Source of the DNA: a virus
Taxonomy: Duplodnaviria; Heunggongvirae; Uroviricota; Caudoviricetes
Reading direction: 5' to 3' (one strand)
Virus record (IMG/VR): IMGVR_UViG_2802429217_000002
Coordinates: 1-25,401 of that record
DNA length: 25,401 nucleotides
Shown: positions 8,598 to 15,374 of the stretch, piece after piece
Layout: every line of letters begins with the position of its first letter
How positions within the stretch are numbered: the stretch's first letter is position 1
Notes under the pieces: model-generated
What the model saw: the letters and a program-made list of their open reading frames with translations, nothing else
What the model was told of the DNA's origin: nothing
Databases searched by the model: none
Made by a program: the position numbers and the translations under genes

Positions 8598-9134
8598 ATG
8601 TCATTTATTAAAACTTTTTCCGGGAAGCATTTTTATTATGACAGGATAAATAAAGACGACATCGTTATTAACGATATCGCGGTTTCCCTTTCAAATATCT
8701 GTCGCTTTGCAGGACATCTTTCACACTTCTACAGTGTCGCCCAACATGCGGTGCTTTGCAGCCAGCTGGTGCCACAGGAATTTGCTTTTGAAGCGTTAAT
8801 GCATGATGCAACAGAAGCGTATTGCCAGGACATCCCGGCTCCACTGAAACGCCTTCTTCCTGACTATAAACGGATGGAAGAAAAAATAGACGCCGTAATC
8901 CGTGAGAAATACGGGTTACCCCCGGTTATGAGTACACCCGTGAAATATGCCGATCTCATCATGCTGGCAACCGAACGCCGCGATCTCGGGCTTGATGATG
9001 GCTCTTTCTGGCCTGTGCTGGAAGGTATCCCGGCAACAGAGATGTTCAACGTGATTCCACTGGCTCCAGGCCATGCCTACGGGATGTTTATGGAACGCTT
9101 TAACGAATTATCGGAGTTACGCAAATGCGCATAA
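8598..9134 (+). CDS. yfdR: HD-domain phosphohydrolase, YfdR-like
   Basis: ORF from MSFIKTFSGKHFYY with H...HD metal-binding motifs (LSHFYSVAQHAV, LMHDATEAY); GGAG RBS 6 nt upstream; matches my recollection of E. coli CPS-53 YfdR. Confidence 0.75.
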   Translation: MSFIKTFSGKHFYYDRINKDDIVINDIAVSLSNICRFAGHLSHFYSVAQHAVLCSQLVPQEFAFEALMHDATEAYCQDIPAPLKRLLPDYKRMEEKIDAVIREKYGLPPVMSTPVKYADLIMLATERRDLGLDDGSFWPVLEGIPATEMFNVIPLAPGHAYGMFMERFNELSELRKCA

Positions 9135-9487
9135 ATGTTTTCGAAATGGAAGGGTTTCTTCGCGGGAAATGTGTACCGCGAGATCTGAAAGTGAACGAAA
9201 CAAATGCTGAGTACCTGGTACGTAAATTCGACGCGCTTGAAGCTAAATGTGCGGCACTGGAAAGCAAAATAATACCAGTGTCAGCTGAACTGCCACCAGC
9301 AAATGAAAGTGTTCTGTTATTTGATGCTAACGGAGAAGGCTGGCTGATTGGCTGGCGTTCTCTCTGGTACACCTGGGGACAAAAAGAAACCGGAGAATGG
9401 CAGTGGACATTTCAGGTCGGGGACCTTGAAAACGTCAATATCACTCACTGGGCAGTAATGCCGAAAGCACCAGAGACTAAGAAATGA
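9125..9487 (+). CDS. Prophage protein, YfdS-like
   Basis: 120-aa ORF overlapping upstream stop; position after the yfdR-like gene. Confidence 0.5.
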   Translation: MRINVFEMEGFLRGKCVPRDLKVNETNAEYLVRKFDALEAKCAALESKIIPVSAELPPANESVLLFDANGEGWLIGWRSLWYTWGQKETGEWQWTFQVGDLENVNITHWAVMPKAPETKK

Positions 9488-9699
9488 GCGTGATAAAAAC
9501 TCATACAGGAATTGTTATCACCCGAGACGGTGAAAAGCGAATGAAATTACATTCCACTGAAACGTCCTGGGTTGCCGGACGTTGTGAATCCTACGACAAA
9601 AAGACTGGTTACCGTTGGGGGGCACCTAACATGCGTCGCCGTCTGCTACTGGACAGCATCAGGCCAATAAAACAGGTAGCAACCAGGGAACAAAATTAA
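9484..9699 (+). CDS. Small prophage protein (YfdT-like, tentative)
   Basis: 71-aa ORF with ATGA overlap to upstream gene. Confidence 0.45.
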   Translation: MSVIKTHTGIVITRDGEKRMKLHSTETSWVAGRCESYDKKTGYRWGAPNMRRRLLLDSIRPIKQVATREQN

Positions 9700-9758
9700 T
9701 TATCAGGACTGGAATTTGATATTACTGCCCGTGTGCAGCGGGCTAAGTGGAGAAACAT

Positions 9759-9965
9759 ATGCTGAACCTCGATTGTGTTCCAATCTCAACTTATTGCAAA
9801 GAAACTGGCGAAACTCCTGAAGCAATAAACAAACGTGTACAGCGCGGTGTTTGGCGTGAAGGTGTTCAGGTTTTAAAGGTTGAAGGCGTTAAGGAGAGGT
9901 GGATTGATCTTAGTGAGGTTGCAAAATGGGCCAGACAAAACTGCTCAAACTACCGCGCGGCGTAA
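9759..9965 (+). CDS. xis: Excisionase (Xis-like)
   Basis: ATG at 9759 with GGAGAA RBS (track ORF begins at a GTG at 9747); small basic protein overlapping the int start, the classic xis-int arrangement. Confidence 0.6.
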   Translation: MLNLDCVPISTYCKETGETPEAINKRVQRGVWREGVQVLKVEGVKERWIDLSEVAKWARQNCSNYRAA

Positions 9966-11092
9966 CAATCAGGAAACACCGCCAGGGCGAAACGATCAAT
10001 ATAACTTTCACCTACAAAGGAGTTAAATGTCGTGAGCCTCTTTCCAATCTGGAAGTAACACCAAAGAACATAAAATACGCCGAGCGCACACTCGGCGAAA
10101 TTCATAATAAGATCGAAAGGGGAACATTCATTTATGCGGAATATTTTCCCCGTTCTGCTCGTTTGAAAATTTTTGGTAATGCTGCTGCAGGCAAAACGGT
10201 AAAAATGTACCTGGACGAATACCTTGAAATCTGCGAAACGAGAAAACTTTCACCCTCTACGATTGGTGGTTATAAAAAATGCCGTAGTGCGTTAGCCTCA
10301 CTCCACATTTGCCCTGCAAGTGAATTAACACCAGCAATCCTGAAAGCGTGGATTCAAAGCCAGAAAACGACCTTAAAAACAATTCGCAACCAGTTATCTT
10401 TCCTGCGGTCAGCACTTGATGAAGCCGTAACCGATGGGGTACTTCAAATTAACCCCGTATCGTTGGTAACTGCTTCGCGCTACCAAAGTGATAAGTCAGA
10501 AGCAGAAAGCAGCTACGTGGTTGATCCGCTATCACCAGCAGAAGTTGATGCATTACTAGCAGCAGCCGGAAACAAACAATGGGAAAATCTGTTCCGGTTC
10601 GCTATACATACAGGCCTGCGTAGTTCTGAATTATGTGCCCTTCGATGGCGTGATATCGACTTTGTTGGAAAAACTGCCCATGTCCAGAGCGCAAGTGTTG
10701 TCGGTGTTATCAAAGGGACAAAGACAAAAGCAGGTACTCGGAAAGTTGAACTGACAGAAGAGGCAATGTTGGCGCTGATAAATCAGAAGCCATTTACATT
10801 CATGAAGGATGCTACTGTCTTTGAAGATCCAAAGACCAATAAGCCTTGGGCAAGTGCTGATGCAATTAGGAAAAAAGCATGGGTGCCAACATTGCGAAAA
10901 GCAGGTATTCGTTACAGAAACCCATATCAAACCAGGCATACATTCGCCACCAGCCATATCAGCCGAGGAGCAAACCTGTTTTGGCTTGCAGCTCAAATGG
11001 GGCATAAAGGGCCTGAGATGCTTTTCAGGCACTATGGCTCATATCTGAAGGAATATGATGGACAAACAAGCTTGAAGAAGATAACAATATAA
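9926..11092 (+). CDS. int: Tyrosine-type site-specific integrase (lambdoid Int with N-terminal arm-binding region)
   Basis: 388-aa ORF; catalytic-domain signatures RFAIHTGLRSSELCALRWRDID, HQTRHTFATSHISRGANLFWLAAQMGHKGPEMLFRHYGSY (R...HxxR...Y). Confidence 0.85.
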   Translation: MGQTKLLKLPRGVTIRKHRQGETINITFTYKGVKCREPLSNLEVTPKNIKYAERTLGEIHNKIERGTFIYAEYFPRSARLKIFGNAAAGKTVKMYLDEYLEICETRKLSPSTIGGYKKCRSALASLHICPASELTPAILKAWIQSQKTTLKTIRNQLSFLRSALDEAVTDGVLQINPVSLVTASRYQSDKSEAESSYVVDPLSPAEVDALLAAAGNKQWENLFRFAIHTGLRSSELCALRWRDIDFVGKTAHVQSASVVGVIKGTKTKAGTRKVELTEEAMLALINQKPFTFMKDATVFEDPKTNKPWASADAIRKKAWVPTLRKAGIRYRNPYQTRHTFATSHISRGANLFWLAAQMGHKGPEMLFRHYGSYLKEYDGQTSLKKITI

Positions 11093-11109
11093 TCCAAGCA
11101 TGAAACTAT

Positions 11110-11132
11110 TGGCCACAATTTGTGGCCATTTT
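11110..11132 (+). terminator. Rho-independent terminator after int (perfect 9-bp palindrome TGGCCACAA-t-TTGTGGCCA followed by TTTT)
   Basis: Palindrome at 11110-11128 followed by T-run 11129-11132. Confidence 0.5.
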
Positions 11133-11150
11133 ACGGAGCAAGATAGAAAC

Positions 11151-12884
11151 ATGGCAAATCAAATTACCAAACTAAAAAATATAAATGTTGTGAAGTTTCG
11201 CGGACTGAAAAATATAAACATCGAGTTTGGTTCTCGCCTAACTGTTATTTGTGGTAAAAATGGCACATCTAAATCCACAATTCTTGGCATTATCGCCCAA
11301 ATATTTAGCTTTACAAAGGACTTTACCAAAAACCCTGAGACTGATTTAACACAATATAAAACATTAACAAATGGCAGCTTCAAGTCAGCTTTCAGCGAAC
11401 ATTTTAGGCTTTCAGAACAATTTGATGTTCCTGGTTCAATGGACGTCAAAATTAGTGTCTATGATGGTGCATCGAACAAACATCTTGAAAAACTAACATT
11501 AGGTTTATACAGCTACAGTGACAGAGATAAATCAAGGCCTGTAGTCAGGGGAAATGATTCAATACCGGAAAAAAACCAAAGTAGAAACGTTACTCATCCT
11601 GTTATTTTTTTAAGCTTAGCACGACTTCTTCCTATTACATTAAGGACTGATTACTCAACACGGGATGTTCAGTACATCAATGAAAATTCTGATGAAATCA
11701 GAATGATGAGTAACCAACTCTTACTAAAAAACAATGGAAGCTCAGTAACAGCAACAAAAGGTACTATCGATTCAATGGTTGTCCATGGTGACAATTATGA
11801 TCACCAATCAGTATCTGTTGGTGAAGATAATGTTGGACAATTAATCCAAGCAATTTTTTCATTTAAAAGATTGAAGGAAACTTATTCTGATTATCATGGC
11901 GGAATATTGTTAATTGATGAAGCCGATGCAGGTCTTTTCCCTGCTGCACAGTTAGAGCTAATTAATATTCTAACTAAAGCAGCAAAACAATACGATCTGC
12001 AAATAATCATGACCTCGCACTCTCCATTAATAATAGAGGATATCTATAATCGTTCAAAACAAGATAGTGATAGCTTTAAAACAATATATCTTACAGACAC
12101 ATATGGAGATATTAAAACAAAGAATAATCTTTCATGGACAGATATCCACGCTGATTTACATGTTGAAACTGTAAAAATTAATGATGACATTTGTCTTCCA
12201 AAGGCAAATGTATATTTTGAAGACAAAGAAGGTTTCGACTTTTTCAAACAATTGATAACAGATCGAAAAATAAATAAAATATTAAATCCATTAGGGAATA
12301 TAAATATTAGCTGCTCTGCCATGCTTGACTTAATGGCAAGAAAAATACCAGAATTTACAGCTAAAAGCTTGATCGTCTTAGACGGTGATGTTGTTCACGA
12401 CAATAGTGCTAATGCAAAAAAAGCCAAAAAAGAAAAAAACTTATGTTTGCTTCCAAGCACCTTACCTCCAGACCAAATGATTTTTGAGTTTTTATATAAT
12501 TTACCACCTGATGATGCATATTGGGAAAATAAAAATAAATTTACAAAAGCTGTTTTTATGAAAACAGCTAAAGACATAATTGCAACGCTAAAAATTGGTA
12601 ACGCTCCGATTGATTTAAAAATCCTTATAGATAATTATAAAAAAGTTAACAAAAACCATGGCGGGATAGTTAGAAAACTGTTTAAAGATTTTGCACATAC
12701 GACTCAATTTCAGGCCCAAGTAAAAGGGCGAGTTAAAGATAACCCATATCGATATTGGGTCGAGAAAAATCCTGTGCAATCGGATAGCTTCAAGAATGAA
12801 CTAATAAAGAGTCTTAAAGTTATTATGACAAGTGGACATGGTGTCGATTCTGCTACCATCTCATCATATCTGTCAGATAACTAA
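11151..12884 (+). CDS. OLD-family nuclease: N-terminal ABC-type ATPase plus C-terminal Toprim domain
   Basis: Walker A GKNGTSKST, Walker B ILLIDEADAGLFP, H-loop TSHSP; C-terminal Toprim-like Glu (VYFEDKEGFDFF) and DxD (IVLDGDVVHD), paralleling P2 Old motifs; ATG at 11151 assumed so that the int terminator is non-coding (track ORF starts 11100); AT-rich. Confidence 0.75.
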   Translation: MANQITKLKNINVVKFRGLKNINIEFGSRLTVICGKNGTSKSTILGIIAQIFSFTKDFTKNPETDLTQYKTLTNGSFKSAFSEHFRLSEQFDVPGSMDVKISVYDGASNKHLEKLTLGLYSYSDRDKSRPVVRGNDSIPEKNQSRNVTHPVIFLSLARLLPITLRTDYSTRDVQYINENSDEIRMMSNQLLLKNNGSSVTATKGTIDSMVVHGDNYDHQSVSVGEDNVGQLIQAIFSFKRLKETYSDYHGGILLIDEADAGLFPAAQLELINILTKAAKQYDLQIIMTSHSPLIIEDIYNRSKQDSDSFKTIYLTDTYGDIKTKNNLSWTDIHADLHVETVKINDDICLPKANVYFEDKEGFDFFKQLITDRKINKILNPLGNINISCSAMLDLMARKIPEFTAKSLIVLDGDVVHDNSANAKKAKKEKNLCLLPSTLPPDQMIFEFLYNLPPDDAYWENKNKFTKAVFMKTAKDIIATLKIGNAPIDLKILIDNYKKVNKNHGGIVRKLFKDFAHTTQFQAQVKGRVKDNPYRYWVEKNPVQSDSFKNELIKSLKVIMTSGHGVDSATISSYLSDN

Positions 12885-12892
12885 TTGATTAA

Positions 12893-12929
12893 AAAGGGCT
12901 TTATGTGATGGCCACAAAGCCCTTTTTTT
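12893..12929 (+). terminator. Rho-independent terminator after OLD-family gene
   Basis: Stem gggcttt/aaagccc with 13-nt loop, followed by TTTTTTT. Confidence 0.65.
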
Positions 12930-12963
12930 GATATACTTTAGATCTGACATTTAGAGGTATCAT

Positions 12964-13863
12964 ATGCGTTTTAACACCCCACTTCGCTATCCTGGCGGTA
13001 AAGGCAAGCTTGCAAATTTCATGCTTCGGCTTATTGAAGAAAATAATCTTTCGCCTATACATTATGCCGAACCATATGCTGGGGGTGCTGGTTTAGCATT
13101 GAAACTGTTACATCTAAATGCAGCTGAAAAAATCATCCTTAATGATATTAATATTTCTGTTTATGCTTTTTGGCACAGTGTATTAAATCATGCAGATCAA
13201 TTATGTTCTTTAATTGAAAGAACTGAAGTTACAATGGATGAATGGTTTAGGCAGAAAGATATAATTAATAATCCTAAAGACCATGATCTTTTAACAATTG
13301 GTTTCTCAACCTTTTTTCTCAATAGAACAAATCGTTCTGGAATATTAAAAGGTGGAGTAATTGGCGGTAAAAATCAAGAAGGGAAATGGAAGCTTGACGC
13401 TCGCTATAATAAGAGTGATTTGATTTCTCGAATCCATAAAATATCAGAAAATCGTCACAGAATAGATTTATATAACATGGATGCAATTGATTTCATTAAA
13501 AAAATAGTTATTCAATTGCCACAAAACTCATTAACATATTTGGATCCACCTTATTACATAAAAGGTAAAGGTTTATATATCAACCATTATAATCATGATG
13601 ATCATGTTAGGGTTGCAAAAGTCGTACAGAATAATATTAAAACACCTTGGATTGTTTCTTACGATAACACTCCTGAGATCCAAGCTATGTATAAGACATC
13701 ATCATTAGTATATGGAATAAACTACAGTGCTCAAGATCGGTACAAAGGATCTGAGGTAATGTTCTTCAGTGAACGATTGAAAATCTTTAAAACAGATGAT
13801 CCAACTAAGGTAAAAGCGCCTGTATTTAAAAGAGGATGTGTTGACGACCACATCCAGACATAA
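12964..13863 (+). CDS. D12-class N6-adenine DNA methyltransferase (Dam family)
   Basis: Motifs LRYPGGKGK (Dam LKWAGGK), EPYAGGAGLAL (AdoMet binding), ILNDINISVYAFW, FFLNRTNRSG, LDPPYY (catalytic DPPY); AGAGG RBS; AT-rich. Confidence 0.85.
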   Translation: MRFNTPLRYPGGKGKLANFMLRLIEENNLSPIHYAEPYAGGAGLALKLLHLNAAEKIILNDINISVYAFWHSVLNHADQLCSLIERTEVTMDEWFRQKDIINNPKDHDLLTIGFSTFFLNRTNRSGILKGGVIGGKNQEGKWKLDARYNKSDLISRIHKISENRHRIDLYNMDAIDFIKKIVIQLPQNSLTYLDPPYYIKGKGLYINHYNHDDHVRVAKVVQNNIKTPWIVSYDNTPEIQAMYKTSSLVYGINYSAQDRYKGSEVMFFSERLKIFKTDDPTKVKAPVFKRGCVDDHIQT

Positions 13864-13935
13864 AAGGAGCCGCAAAAGATCCGCAGAATAAAATGGTTAG
13901 TATTAATCGTTTTATTTCAGCTAATTATAAAAATA

Positions 13936-13968
13936 CGGACTCGGGTTCAACTCCCGCCAGCTCCACCA
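13936..13968 (+). other. ssrA: Attachment-site core: copy of the 3'-terminal 33 nt of the tmRNA gene ssrA (cGGACtCGGGTTCAACTCCCGCCAGCTCCACCA); the rest of ssrA is absent here
   Basis: Near-identity to the known 3' end of E. coli tmRNA; upstream sequence is unrelated to tmRNA. Confidence 0.8.
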
Positions 13969-14002
13969 AATCATGATCCGGATACGTCCGGTGAAGCACA
14001 GA

Positions 14003-14036
14003 AAGCCCGCACGGCACAAGCCCTGCGGGCTTTTTT
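14003..14036 (+). terminator. Rho-independent terminator (ssrA-type trailer terminator)
   Basis: Stem gcccgca/tgcgggc with 12-nt loop followed by TTTTTT. Confidence 0.7.
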
Positions 14037-14078
14037 GTGTCTGTCGTTGTCCGAGAACATCCGGCTAAATCCAGAGAA

Positions 14079-14101
14079 AATTGGTACACGTTTAGGTACA
14101 C
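14079..14101. repeat. 23-bp direct repeat AATTGGTACACGTTTAGGTACAC, left copy (candidate integrase arm-type site / element boundary)
   Basis: Identical 23-mer recurs at 25064-25086; partial inverted copy GTGTACCAATT at 14126-14136. Confidence 0.7.
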
Positions 14102-14151
14102 GCTATACTGTGGTCCATTAAACGTGTACCAATTATGGAAGGGATCCAGAC

Positions 14152-15342
14152 ATGGCGCGTATCACACGCCCCCTCACTAACAATGAAATCCTTAAAGCCA
14201 AACCCCGTGAAAAAGACTTCACCCTTCATGATGGTGATGGCTTGTTCTTGCTCGTCAAAACCACTGGTAAAAAACTCTGGCGCTTCCGTTATCAACGACC
14301 GGGAAGCAGCAGCCGCACAAATTTGAGTCTCGGCTCATATCCTGCCCTTACACTCGCAGCAGCTCGTCAGATACGCGACCAGCACTTAACCACGCTTGCG
14401 CAAGGTATGGATCCGCAGCAGCAACAAGAGCAGGCATCAGAACAACGTCAGATTGAGTTGGATAGTATTTTCTCAACTGTGGCCGCCAACTGGTTCAAAA
14501 TGAAGAGCAAAAGTGTCACTGAAGACTACGCTAAAGATATTTGGCGCTCTTTGGATAAGGATGTGTTCCCTGCAATAGGCGCGATTCCTGTTCAGGAGAT
14601 TAAGGCCAGAACTATAGTTGAAGCGTTGGAACCAATCAAAGCACGAGGTGCATTAGAAACTGTTCGTCGCTTGGTCCAGCGCATTAACGAAATAATGATT
14701 TACGCAGTTAACACAGGCCTGATTGATGCTAATCCGGCATCGGGTGTCGGAATGGCATTTGAGAAACCGAAAAAGCAAAACATGCCGACACTTCGACCAG
14801 AAGAATTGCCAAAGCTCATGCGCTCTTTGGTGATGTCGAATCTCTCAGTTTCGACCCGCTGTCTAATTGAATGGCAACTCCTGACGCTCGTGCGTCCATC
14901 TGAGGCTTCTGGCGCTCGGTGGGTAGAGATCGATCTTGATGCCAGGCTCTGGACAATTCCAGCAGAGCGGATGAAAGCAAATCGAGAGCATATCGTTCCT
15001 TTATCAACCCAGGCGTTAGAAATTTTGGAAGTAATGAAGCCTATTAGTGCTCATCGTGAACATGTCTTCCCCAGTAGAAATGATCCCAAACAGCCAATGA
15101 ATAGCCAGACGGCGAACGCTGCCTTAAAGCGGATTGGTTATGGTGGAAAGTTGGTTGCACATGGTTTACGTTCAATTGCGAGTACAGCTATGAACGAGGC
15201 GGGATTCAATGCTGACGTCATTGAGTCTGCTCTAGCACACTCTGATAGAAATGAAGTTAGAAGAGCTTATAATCGTTCTACATATCTAGATAAAAAAATA
15301 ATACTATTTAACTGGTGGGGTGCACAGGTCTATAAGAAGTAA
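14152..15342 (+). CDS. int: P4-type tyrosine integrase (CP4-57 IntA-like)
   Basis: 396-aa ORF; N-terminus MARITRPLTNNEILKAKPREKDFTLHDGDGLFLLV typical of P4-family integrases; located about 180 nt downstream of the ssrA 3' end as intA is in E. coli K-12. Confidence 0.85.
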   Translation: MARITRPLTNNEILKAKPREKDFTLHDGDGLFLLVKTTGKKLWRFRYQRPGSSSRTNLSLGSYPALTLAAARQIRDQHLTTLAQGMDPQQQQEQASEQRQIELDSIFSTVAANWFKMKSKSVTEDYAKDIWRSLDKDVFPAIGAIPVQEIKARTIVEALEPIKARGALETVRRLVQRINEIMIYAVNTGLIDANPASGVGMAFEKPKKQNMPTLRPEELPKLMRSLVMSNLSVSTRCLIEWQLLTLVRPSEASGARWVEIDLDARLWTIPAERMKANREHIVPLSTQALEILEVMKPISAHREHVFPSRNDPKQPMNSQTANAALKRIGYGGKLVAHGLRSIASTAMNEAGFNADVIESALAHSDRNEVRRAYNRSTYLDKKIILFNWWGAQVYKK

Positions 15343-15346
15343 ATAG

Positions 15347-15366
15347 AGCCTGCTGAAATGCAGGCT
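15347..15366. terminator. Hairpin between convergent int and hotspot gene (possible bidirectional terminator)
   Basis: Stem agcctgc/gcaggct with 6-nt loop; weak T-runs on both sides. Confidence 0.4.
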
Positions 15367-15374
15367 CCACTTCT

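Larger units (their letters stand above)
1..13968. mobile_element. Lambdoid prophage, partial (late genes lie beyond the window start); early/replication genes on minus strand, cI-xis-int on plus strand, ending at an ssrA-derived att core
   Basis: Gene order Q ... O-like rep ... cro | cI ... xis-int-[cargo]-att mirrors phage lambda in reverse orientation; int is followed by a 33-nt ssrA 3' end copy at 13936-13968. Confidence 0.75.

Noticed and set aside
10631-11032. 133-aa minus-strand ORF
   Set aside because: Antisense within the integrase gene; Cys/Phe-rich translation.
13900-13968. Possible complete tmRNA (ssrA) gene
   Set aside because: Only the last 33 nt match tmRNA; the sequence upstream of 13936 is unrelated, so this is an att core and not the gene.
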